Origin: an uncultured Bacillota bacterium
GTDB taxonomy: Bacteria > Sysuimicrobiota > Sysuimicrobiia > Sysuimicrobiales > Segetimicrobiaceae
Assembly (NCBI GenBank): GCA_963804645.1
Contig: CAWDRG010000005.1
Location: 256,001 to 320,000 of the forward strand
DNA: 64,000 bases
Direction of reading: 5' to 3'
Every line of letters begins with the position of its first letter. Position 1 is the stretch's first letter. This document shows positions 49,601 to 57,788 of the stretch, piece by piece. The notes beneath the pieces were generated by a model, which saw only the letters and a list, made by a program, of their open reading frames with translations, did not search any database and was not told the DNA's origin. The position numbers and the translations under genes were made by a program.

Positions 49601-49809
49601 GGCAGATCCCGGATGCAGCGGACCACCATCTCATGCGCCTTCGCCGTCTCTTGGCCGCACCCGGAGCACCGGAAGGTCCGCTTCTCGCGGGCCAGCGTGA
49701 TCTCCACCCGCGGTTTGCCGGCTCCCGTCGTTGGTTCGATGCGCTCCACCAGCTTCACCCGATAGCATTCCCACCCGACCAGCACATTGGTAGACTGATC
49801 ATGAGGCAA
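46656..49809 (-). CDS. ISL3 transposase interrupted by a group II intron (exons 48678-49809 and 46656-46762)
   Basis: CxxC zinc-finger motifs, MDEFALRKGHRY, VMDM, YDLFHV; joining the exons restores LEGINNKIKVLKRMGYGYRD. Confidence 0.9.
46763..48677 (-). mobile_element. Group II intron A
   Basis: Domain V GAGCCCGGTGCGGGAAACCTGCACGCCGGGTTC followed by a domain VI-like hairpin; RT ORF; 5' end GCGCG; boundaries set by restoring the ISL3 reading frame. Confidence 0.88.
46876..48246 (-). CDS. ltrA: Group II intron reverse transcriptase/maturase (no endonuclease domain); start uncertain
   Basis: GVDG, RPIGIPTVEDR, SYGYRPGR, SQGNPISPVLANLYL, FVDD in place of YADD. Confidence 0.92.
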   Translation of the reverse strand: MGKRRGRAYDLGRGNIPSTFRGRIRVTTGLAGIAIKAKADPKCRFTSLAHILTPEFLKETWQQMNRRGASGVDGETCAQFERDLEIRVVDLWERLKAGRYQAPPVRRVDIPKPGDTSAMRPIGIPTVEDRLLQRAVARILSAIYEQDFVECSYGYRPGRNPHQALRDLRGHLIAGKAQYVFETDICGYFTRINHDWLRKMVAHRIADPVILRLIGKWLRAGVMHDGVVVRNREGVSQGNPISPVLANLYLHHVLDLWFERRFKRSCQGAAHLIRFVDDFVVCFEHQAEANAFGRELAERMQKFGLELKPEKTRLLLFGREARKRAAAHGEKPGTFVFLGFKHVCGRDRRGKFAVVRIPAHDSCRTFLDRTHEWLRSHMHWNRRAQQAHLTTMLRGFYQYFALHHCERKLDWVCHEVQLQWLRTLRRRGQWHRLFWSYLRSRSWFELPRPKTLHPTV

Positions 49810-50338
49810 GGTGCTCCCCCTTCCCTGAAGCGCCGTGTTCGCAGCACGTGCTCAAGGATAGGGGTGTGGTACCTTGCCTTCAACCTATACGGCTATCCCG
49901 GTTTTGCCTGAAGAACCGTAAAAAAACCATAATGGCAAAAGTAGCATCGGCGGCATGTGCGACCACTGATGTCGAGGATTCATCCTTAGGCATTCTGAAG
50001 ATCAACGACGGCGAAGTGACGCGTCAGGCACTCGAGCACAGCAGTGATCATTGTACGCAAATCAGTTCGAGTCGTGAACGCGATAGAGAGACGCGTCGTG
50101 GAAGACTATAGGGGCTTGCTCGGGGCGGAGGTTTGCCAGAGCTGTTCCAGTCGGGTGAGGAATGCCTCAGGCGCTCTTCGGTATCGCGCTCTCTGACGTC
50201 GAGGTTCCTGACTCGCGGCCCAACGTTGCATCTCCGTCCGGTATTGGTCGGTGGGAACGTGAGCAAACCATTCGATCAGGACGTCTGGAGGCAGATCGAC
50301 TGCATATACCGCCAATGCTCCGTACCGCATAATGTAGC

Positions 50339-50379
50339 CCTCGGTAATGGTAGCGTATGAAACGCTACCACTACCGAGG
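50339..50379. repeat. Terminal palindrome, left
   Basis: CCTCGGTAATGGTAGCG-TATGAAA-CGCTACCACTACCGAGG. Confidence 0.9.
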
Positions 50380-51154
50380 TCTGGGTGGTGGGAGCGGCAG
50401 CGGTGGTGGCACCACGCCCGGCGGAGGCAGTCCCGGGGGTGGGAGTCCCACTCCGGGTGCGAACTCCGGTCCTGGAAGCAGCGGTGGGAACGGGGGAAAC
50501 GAGCTCCGTGGCCCCCACTTCTCCGGCCAACACTGTCATTACTATATGGCCCGTAACTCCGGCGCCCGCGCCGACGACGCCGGCGGTCCCGGCAGTGCCT
50601 GCTGCACCGACACCGGTTGCGGCGACACCGGCAGTGGGCCGACACCCGCGAGGCCTCCAGTGGCGCCGGCGGCCGCTCCTGCGCCAGCGGCTCCGCAGCG
50701 TGCTGGGTTCGGCCCCCCCGTGCTCGGAGGTAGCGGGCCGACTGTGGTACTCGGCGCCCCGCGTCAGCACGGCGCCGGAACATGCCGCTCTCAGGGCGGT
50801 TCAAGGACAGCCGACCAAGTTACCATTTGGGGGCATGTCGGAAACAAAGCGCTCCCTAAATCACGCTCGGACGCTGGATTGGAACGCTCATGGCTTCAAT
50901 GGGGGCGATTTTGTTCGGGTGGAAGGTCGAGTAGTTGGAGAGCGCCTGGCACTTTCAGTTCGCGGTGCGGCCGGAGAATCGGGATACCGCTGCTCATCTG
51001 GGGCGCCGGTACGGGTGGTGCGCCTGTCTTGCAAAAAGCGGATTCCAGCGTCGATTCTGAGGTTACGAGCCGAACGACGGCACGGTGCCGGACATCCCGG
51101 CAGCGAGACGTGCGTCACGCGGTGGGACGGCCCGCTGAGCCCGTGACAACGCAT

Positions 51155-51184
51155 CGGGGAGCGAGTGCGAACCCTCGCTCCCCG
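51155..51184. terminator. Hairpin downstream of the PEP-CTERM gene
   Basis: CGGGGAGCGAG-N8-CTCGCTCCCCG. Confidence 0.55.
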
Positions 51185-51234
51185 TCAATTTGAAGAGACT
51201 TGGTCGCGTTCCTTAACGCTTTACCGGTCTCCGA

Positions 51235-51879
51235 TTAGCGCCTCACCTTGCGGCGAAGCAGACCGGCGGCGCCGACCAGTCCGAAGGCGAACATCGAGAG
51301 CGAACTCGGTTCCGGTACGGGATTAGGGGCGATCTGGCCGGCTGAGATCTGTCCCTCCAGATCAAACCATGCGGTGCCAGTGTTCGCCAAACCGCTGCTG
51401 CCTCCCACGAGAACGGTGCCGCTGTCCAGGCTCGGGCTGATGTTAGCAAAAGTGGCGCTCGCGCTCTCGTAGTCATTTGGGTCGGTAGATGTGAAGGAGC
51501 CGCCGCACTGAGCGGCCGTTGGGCTGGGAGAATAAGTGCCGATGCATGCACCGTCGCCGTCAAAGCCAAATACTCCGCTACCCACGCCGCCGGTGATCGC
51601 AACGCTCTTCAGTGTGCCACCCGACGAATTCAGAACGCCGATCAAGGTGTCTTCGATGCCGTCGAAGGGCCCCTGATCAGGCGATGCCGTGGTGACATTA
51701 AACCCCGTGGCTACGTCTGAACTGTTGACCGATGTAACCGTAAGCAGCAGTTCGCATCCATTAGTGTCATTACCGACAGGCGGGCACTCGGTAAAGGAGG
51801 CGGCATACACTGCGGGGGTGACTGCCCAGAGAAGCACCGCTACCGCAGTCAGCGCAATACCCCATCTTATCGTCCTCAT
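51235..51879 (-). CDS. PEP-CTERM sorting-domain secreted protein
   Basis: AAGGAGG RBS; signal peptide; C-terminal VPEPSS + TM helix + RRKVRR. Confidence 0.92.
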   Translation of the reverse strand: MRTIRWGIALTAVAVLLWAVTPAVYAASFTECPPVGNDTNGCELLLTVTSVNSSDVATGFNVTTASPDQGPFDGIEDTLIGVLNSSGGTLKSVAITGGVGSGVFGFDGDGACIGTYSPSPTAAQCGGSFTSTDPNDYESASATFANISPSLDSGTVLVGGSSGLANTGTAWFDLEGQISAGQIAPNPVPEPSSLSMFAFGLVGAAGLLRRKVRR

Positions 51880-52844
51880 GCACTTACCTCCTTGATCGCT
51901 GTGGTCGCTGTGGCATTGCTGGGTGGGCTACGGCATCCCCCCTCTCGTTCCGGGGCGACGAGGATCGCGTCTGCGGAGCGCTGACGCCCTCGGCGCGGAG
52001 TCTGACCTCGGAATGGGGCTCGCTGTCCGAACCCATCCTCCATCGAACTCGAATGTGCTTTCCCGTCCCACGGGGGAAATCTTTGTATCACTTGAATGAA
52101 ACAGGCCACAAAAACGAACGACCGCTGGTCGGTGCGGGTTACGAACGTGGCTGCCGAGGCGATTCTGATTACTTCCTTTGAAGGAGGCTTTGGAAGGAGG
52201 CTTTCTGGACCGGGGCGGCAGCAGTCCGGCGCGCACGTCATCCCGCGAGATGCACAGCTTCGCCCCGCGGCGTCGGTTCACTCGATTCGGTCCGCGCGGA
52301 TGGCCGAGCCCAGCGCCGGGCCTGGTCGAGGCTCTCTAAACGGGCGGTCCGAAGCGGGTGCGCGAGCGTCGCAGCGCGGCACGCAGCCCCGGGCGGGCCA
52401 ACTGAAGCGGCGCGCGACCCACCGCGTATCGTACCGTGAGCGGCGGCCGGCGGTGTTTGGTTGCGATCAGGCTTGCCACCTCGGCCCAGATCGCGCTCAG
52501 CAATCCGTTCACGGCGTGTCGGCGGGGCGCCGTGCGCCGATGCGCCAACGCGTGACGGAGCGCGCCGCGGAGCGCTTCGGTGCTCGTGGTGGGAGCGTCG
52601 GACGCGACCGCCACTCGGCGCGCCGCCCAGGCCAAGGCATCTCGCACCGTGTCCTGCCGCACGATGTGCGGGCATCGGGCGGCCGCGCCGATCATCTGGT
52701 CGGGAGCGAAAGCCTCGTCGGAGGCGTGCGCGAGCTGCGTGACGGTGAGCGCCTCGACGAGGGCACGAGCGTCCTCTCTCAGCGGACCGGTGGCAGCGGT
52801 CTGGGGGAGCTGCGTCAGGGCCTTGTCAATGATTAGCCGAACGG

Positions 52845-52879
52845 GGTAGTGGTAGCGTTCCCCAAACGCTACCACTACC
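52845..52879. repeat. Terminal palindrome, right
   Basis: GGTAGTGGTAGCG-TTCCCCAAA-CGCTACCACTACC. Confidence 0.9.
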
Positions 52880-53844
52880 TAGCCATCCCATGACTTGCGC
52901 CCCGTGGTTCGGCGGTGTGCGCTCTTGGCGTGGCGCAAGAACCGCTCCAGATCGTTGTTCGTCCGCGGGATCTCGGGGTGCAGAAAACAGGTGAACAGCG
53001 TGTCGCCGAATCCCTGGGTGTACTTTTGGAAGGATTCCGCGAACAGTTCGTGCGCTGGCTGAGTCACCGCGGCCTGTGCGACCGCGGCCATGAGCGTGCG
53101 CACTCCCATCTTCGCCTGCGCCGCAGCATCATGGGGAAGCACGCCAGGGTATTTCTCTGGATCGATGACCCGAGCGAGACCCAGTAACCACGTGTGTTGC
53201 TGCTTGAGCGTGGCGTAGTCAGCGCCGTAGATCTGGTGGCGAGTTGCGATGTGGGTCAGGGTCCGCATCATGGGTACGGGCCGGACCGCAAAGCACCGCT
53301 GCAGGGAGGCGTAGATACGCTCCAGATTCTCATAGGCGCGGATGCCCCCGGGTGCAAGTGGCGGCAGTCCGTTGGATCCCGTCGAGGGAGAGCACCAGCC
53401 CGCCGTTCTGCTCGATTTGGCGGCGCACCGCCTCGACTTGCTGGCCGGCCGTGCACCCGAGAAGTGCGAAGTACGCTTCGTAGAGGCCCTGGACGTGGCG
53501 CGCACTGATGATGACCCCGCGCTGGCCGAGCTCGGCATGGATCTCAGCCCGCGTGCAGTGGTCCACCGTCCGGAGGCGCCCCACCGTGACCAGCACGTCC
53601 ATGCCGTACGTCGAGCCCTTGAGGCTCAAGCCTTCGGCGACGGCGGAGCGGTACACGCGGCGGTCGCAAGCGGCAGTCCAGCATCGATACCCGAGGCTCC
53701 CGGCCCAGAGCACTTCGGACAGGCCGATGATATGTTTGCGCCAGACGGGGTGACTGTACACCAGAGGCGCCCCGCACACCAGACAGGTCCGGCATTCGGG
53801 GCGGAAGTAGACGCGCCGGGGAGCCGCAAACACACGCGCGCACC

Positions 53845-54234
53845 TCACGGGCGCTTGCGGATCACCTCCGCAGGATCGAGTTGGGCGGCTTGCCGAAGGC
53901 GCTCCAAGAGACCTTGGAGCTCGACGTCGAGCGCGCGCAGGTGTCGAGCATGCGCCCGCCATCGCCGATACGCGCGGGCCGCTGTGCTGGCCGGACCCGC
54001 CTTGGTCGGCGCCACGGGGAACACGTGCGGCGTGCCCGCACGAAACACTGAGAGGCACCAATAGGGGCCGTGTTTCTTCCCCCGCATGCAGCGGCACCCC
54101 GGCTTCCCGCACACCCGGTAGCGCTTGAACAAAGAGCCGGTCAGAGTCGGCCCGATCGCTAACGCCTCCTCCAAGACAGCGGTTCTCAGGCGGTTCACCG
54201 CTTGCACCTTGGTGCGCAGGGCCTTGGGACCCAT
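53845..54234 (-). CDS. DUF6788-like small Cys/His protein, translationally coupled to the transposase
   Basis: GSL...CGKPGCRC..GKKHGPYW motif; GGAGG RBS; GTGA overlap with the transposase start. Confidence 0.75.
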   Translation of the reverse strand: MGPKALRTKVQAVNRLRTAVLEEALAIGPTLTGSLFKRYRVCGKPGCRCMRGKKHGPYWCLSVFRAGTPHVFPVAPTKAGPASTAARAYRRWRAHARHLRALDVELQGLLERLRQAAQLDPAEVIRKRP

Positions 54235-54392
54235 CCGCCACCTCCGTCTTCTCTATCTGCCACTAGTATTCCTTTTCATAATGCCAGATCTCAAACCAAA
54301 AAGAAAGGAGCATGCGAAGGAGCGCCGCCGAGCACTCCAGTCACCTGCTCCAGTGCCTGTCTATGGCCGTGATGCTACTTTTGCCATTATGG

Positions 54393-54525
54393 AAAAAAAA
54401 CGGCGCGCGTCCCCACCGTGCCGCAGGTGCGGGCCCAGCTCCAGTACGTCCTGAAAACCTGGACCGGTCGCTGCAGCGTCTGCGGTCACCTCGTGCGCCG
54501 TCCGACCAAGAATGACCCATCTTAG
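54393..54525 (+). pseudogene. Displaced 3' end of the IS701 transposase
   Basis: Encodes TARVPTVPQVRAQLQYVLKTWTGRCSVCGHLVRRPTKNDPS*, continuing RPLGSKK, immediately before the right IR. Confidence 0.75.
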
Positions 54526-54536
54526 ATGTGACTTTG

Positions 54537-56394
54537 GTCGAGTAGGACCAGCGATCGCTCGCTGGGACCCCTCTGCCGAACGGCTCGTACGGATCTCCCG
54601 TAAGCCGCTCTACCCCATGCCGACTCGTGAGTCATCAGGAATATATCCGAAGAGAGTGGAGCCCCAGACGGCGGTAGAAGAATGTTTCAGAGTATCGCCG
54701 CCAGTTCGCCGTGCGCCAGCGTTTGGCCATGAAGGCCCGCAGCCTCCGAAGGATCCAGCGGTCCAGCGGCCTCCCGATCCGTCGCAAGTCGCCAATCCGG
54801 AAGAATCGTCCCCAACCGCGGAGCACTGGATTTAGCAGCGCCACGATCTCGTCCGCCCGACGCGGTTGGTTACGCCGCGTAAGATGACGGACCTTGTCCC
54901 GGAGCCGCTGTATTGCTCGCGCCCGTGGCTGTAGGTGCAGTCCCTCCTCATCGCGCCAGAAGCGGAATCCAAGGAACTCAAATCCTTCCGTAATGTGAAC
55001 GACCCGCGTCTTCGCAGGATGCAGTCGCAGTCCCAACTGCCCCTCCAGAATCTGGTGGACCTGCTCCAAGGCCGCCTCGGCGTCCTCGCGCGTTCGGCAC
55101 ACGATGACACTGTCATCAGCATACCGGACCGCGCGATGTCCTGCCGCGAGCATCTGATGATCGAAGGTGTTCAGAAACGCATTACTGAGCAGCGGCGAAA
55201 CTACACCCCCTTGCGGGGTGCCCGCTACCAGGGTACGCTTCTTGCCCTCCTCCATCACCCCGGCCTGGAGAAACGCCTGCACGAGCCGGAGAATCCGCCC
55301 ATCCGCCACCACCTCGGCGACTGCGGCCAGCAGCCGCGCATGGGACGCGGTGTCGAAAAACTGTTCAATATCGATTTCGACAATCCACTCGCCCCCGTGA
55401 TGCAGGCTCGCCATCACATCGCCAATGGCCTGATGCGCTGACCGTCCTGGACGAAACCCGTAACTGGTCTCCGCAAACCGCGGCTCAAAGTGCGGTTCCA
55501 GCCGCAGACGCATCGCCTGCGCCACGACGCGATCTCGTACAGCAGGGATCGCGAGGCCGCGACGACGTCCATCGGGTTTGGGAATGTAGACGCGACGCCC
55601 GGGCTGGGGCACATAGGCATCGTCCTTGAGGGCCGCCTGGAGTCCTTGCAACTCCTCATCCAAGTGTGCCTCAAATGCCTCAAGGCTCTGACCATCCACG
55701 CCCCACGTCCCGTGGTTCGCCTTGACCAGCGTCCAGGCCCGCCGCAGATTCGGCAGGTACCAGACCTTGTCGATGAGCGAGCCGACCTTGATCGGATGCA
55801 CGTCCTCCGCCACTCCTCCTCCTTCCTGACCAGAGTCCTGTTGGTCGGGGTCTGCACCGGTCGCGGCTCGGGAGCTGCTCATGACAGAGATCCCTTACCC
55901 CGCGCTCGTCAAGCCGATCCCGCCTTCAGGCCACCAAGCATGGAGCGGGTCCCTTCGCTCTGCCAGGTTTCCCTGACCTCATCGCTACGTCTGGACCCGT
56001 CCGACTCCTGAACGTGCATCGGGTTGGCTTTTCCCCTTCCGGGTTATACCGTCCCTACCTGTCCGCGCAGGACCGAACCCTACTCGCGACAGGACACGCT
56101 CAGGCCTCCCCGGGTCATGCTGCTCTCTGTCCCACCATGCTGCCCGCACCCACGACTGATCCCCCCTGGTCTTCTCTGGATGCCCCTTCCTCCAGTACTA
56201 GCAGAGTCGGGCCTCCAGGGGTTCGCGCCGACCGGTTCGCCTGGCTTCGACAGCCTCGGCTGCGGCCTGGTGGTTTGCCTCAGGTCCTTCAGATTCCGCC
56301 TCGCGACGGACACCCTACCCTTTTCGGCTACGGTCCGCATCCAGCTGGACCGGCAGGTCTTTCACCTGCGAGAGAACAGCACTGCCGGGCACAC
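54537..56394 (-). mobile_element. Group II intron B, inserted in the IS701 right IR
   Basis: 5' GTGTG at 56394; 3' ...CTACTCGAC at 54537; domain V GAGCGGCTTACGGGAGATCCGTACGAGCCGTTC; removal restores the IR exactly. Confidence 0.92.
54635..55882 (-). CDS. ltrA: Group II intron reverse transcriptase/maturase (no endonuclease domain)
   Basis: GVDG, IPKPDG, SYGFRPGRSAHQA, GTPQGGVVSPLLSN, RYADD, FEFLGF, LNPVLRGW. Confidence 0.95.
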   Translation of the reverse strand: MSSSRAATGADPDQQDSGQEGGGVAEDVHPIKVGSLIDKVWYLPNLRRAWTLVKANHGTWGVDGQSLEAFEAHLDEELQGLQAALKDDAYVPQPGRRVYIPKPDGRRRGLAIPAVRDRVVAQAMRLRLEPHFEPRFAETSYGFRPGRSAHQAIGDVMASLHHGGEWIVEIDIEQFFDTASHARLLAAVAEVVADGRILRLVQAFLQAGVMEEGKKRTLVAGTPQGGVVSPLLSNAFLNTFDHQMLAAGHRAVRYADDSVIVCRTREDAEAALEQVHQILEGQLGLRLHPAKTRVVHITEGFEFLGFRFWRDEEGLHLQPRARAIQRLRDKVRHLTRRNQPRRADEIVALLNPVLRGWGRFFRIGDLRRIGRPLDRWILRRLRAFMAKRWRTANWRRYSETFFYRRLGLHSLRIYS

Positions 56395-56399
56395 TAGTA

Positions 56400-57788
56400 C
56401 TAGGGTTTGGCGGGCGCGGACGGCGTGACGGTCGACGGCGCGTGGCTCGGCGTGATCGTCGAGCCGGGGCGTGTGGCCGGCGCCGCGCTGCCGGCGGGCG
56501 GCTGCAGGCCGAGAAAATCCTTAATCGGCTGCGGGAAGCTATCCAGCACCCCGGCCGCGAGCGTGTACTGGAGTCCGAGCGCGCGGTTCACCGCGACCCA
56601 CCCGTTGTACTGTTTGTAAAACTGCACCGTGAATCTCGCGTCGGCGCCGCCGTCGGTCTGCACCTCGAACGCCGGGGCGGCCGCGAACGAGGACGTCAGC
56701 GCCTGCACGCGGTCCGCGTCCATCAGGTTCACCGACGAAAACATGTCGGAGACGTTCTGATCGCTCAGGTCGCTCCCGGTAAACCCCGGGCCCTGACGGC
56801 GGACCTCGAGGGTCTTCCCGTTCCGGCGCCACGTGAACACGGTCAAGTCTTGAGGATTGTACGGCAGCACGTGGGTGCTGACGAGCGAGATCGGCGCGGG
56901 GGTCATCCGCCCGTCGAGGTCCGCGTCGAGCTCCATCACCGTGCGGCCGCCGGCGACCATCGCGTACGTCACCTTCGGCCCCTTCGCGAACAGCATCCGC
57001 AGGGGCTCCGGACGCCCCTTCATCGTGAGATCGAGCGTGACGTCCGGATGATCCAGCCCGTAGGGGGCCAGGTCGGTCACGCCGTCATGGAACACCTTGC
57101 CGTCGGAGGTGGTGAGCGGGAAGAACAGATCCGTGACCTTGAAATCGTCGGCCGGCCACGGCCGGCTCCCCTCGATGCGCCAGCGGTCGGGGCCGGTGCG
57201 GTCCACGACCAGCGATTCCGTCGGCGACGTGATGCGCACCTGCTGGACGTCGGCGTTCGCGAAGTCCGCGAGGGTCTTCTGGCGGAGGTCCGCGGCGGTC
57301 TTCGTCAGCCCATCCTTCGCGGTGCTGTCGACGACGTACAGCGAGGTGCCGGGGTCGAGCTTGGCGTAGAGCGCGTTGCCGACCGGCGACGGCTTCCCGA
57401 GCTCCACGGTCACCGATCGCCCGCCGGAAGTGCGCAGCGTCACGCGCACGGTCGGCCGGTCGAGGCCGTACGCCGCGAGATCGGTCGCGCCGCTGAGCGT
57501 CCGCTGGGGCACGATCCCGGTGACCGCGTCGAGGAAGTCCGAGACCGACAAGGAGGCCGCTGGGGTCTGAATCGGACGCGTGATCTGCCAGTGCGTGGGG
57601 TCGGTGCGTGACAGTTCGACCGTCTGGTTTGCGGTCGTGATCGTGATTCCGGTGATGTCGGCCTTCTTGAGCTGCACCAGATGGCTCGCCAGTTCCGCCC
57701 GCTGCGCCTGCGGCCGGTCCACCGCGAAGATGTACGCGGCGATCACCACCACGAGGCCGGCGAGGATGAGCGTCGCGCGGGGGGTCAC
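56400..57788 (-). CDS. DUF4340-domain membrane-anchored protein
   Basis: N-terminal TM; two repeats with DLAxYGLDxP; downstream of a GldG-like gene; the stop codon overlaps the IS701 CTAG. Confidence 0.78.
   Translation of the reverse strand: MTPRATLILAGLVVVIAAYIFAVDRPQAQRAELASHLVQLKKADITGITITTANQTVELSRTDPTHWQITRPIQTPAASLSVSDFLDAVTGIVPQRTLSGATDLAAYGLDRPTVRVTLRTSGGRSVTVELGKPSPVGNALYAKLDPGTSLYVVDSTAKDGLTKTAADLRQKTLADFANADVQQVRITSPTESLVVDRTGPDRWRIEGSRPWPADDFKVTDLFFPLTTSDGKVFHDGVTDLAPYGLDHPDVTLDLTMKGRPEPLRMLFAKGPKVTYAMVAGGRTVMELDADLDGRMTPAPISLVSTHVLPYNPQDLTVFTWRRNGKTLEVRRQGPGFTGSDLSDQNVSDMFSSVNLMDADRVQALTSSFAAAPAFEVQTDGGADARFTVQFYKQYNGWVAVNRALGLQYTLAAGVLDSFPQPIKDFLGLQPPAGSAAPATRPGSTITPSHAPSTVTPSAPAKP

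Larger units (their letters stand above)
46653..49917 (-). mobile_element. ISL3-family element
   Basis: Imperfect IRs GGTTCATCCGGCA / GGTTCTTCAGGCA; 8-bp duplication GTAAAAAA at 46645-46652 and 49918-49925. Confidence 0.92.
50340..52879. mobile_element. Palindrome-bounded 2.5 kb cargo insert with no recognisable transposase
   Basis: TAGCC duplicated at 50335-50339 and 52880-52884; near-identical hairpins at both ends. Confidence 0.75.
50106..53848 (-). pseudogene. Transposase of the 22-bp-IR element; broken near 53350-53370 and split by the cargo insert (pieces 52880-53848 and 50106-50339)
   Basis: N-terminal CxxC, LSLDGIQ, PRTNNDLER; removing 50340-52879 and one TAGCC joins GRKSWDG to YIMRYG in frame. 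Confidence 0.75.
49927..54392 (-). mobile_element. Unclassified (ISNCY-like) insertion element with perfect 22-bp terminal IRs
   Basis: CCATAATGGCAAAAGTAGCATC at 49927-49948 and its reverse complement at 54371-54392; A-runs on both flanks; encodes a DUF6788-like ORF and a broken transposase. Confidence 0.85.
45326..56399 (+). mobile_element. IS701-family element, outer shell of the nested insertion
   Basis: CTAG duplicated at 45322-45325 and 56400-56403; left IR TACTACAAAGTCAC; right IR reconstituted as GTGACTTTG (54528-54536) + TAGTA (56395-56399) after removing the intron. Confidence 0.9.

Noticed and set aside
50357..51193. Intact Gly/Pro-rich protein gene inside the cargo
   Set aside because: The plausible linker-like sequence switches between frames and begins inside the palindrome, so it is treated as a decayed fragment
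50339..52879. The palindromes as loxP/dif-like recombination sites or CRISPR repeats
   Set aside because: Spacers differ in length and sequence, the junctions lie outside the palindromes with a 5-bp duplication, and there are only two copies 2.5 kb apart with no cas genes
46876..55882. RTs as retron, DGR or defence-associated RTs
   Set aside because: Both have maturase-type C-termini, domain V/VI RNA and exon boundaries that restore the host sequence, so they are group II introns
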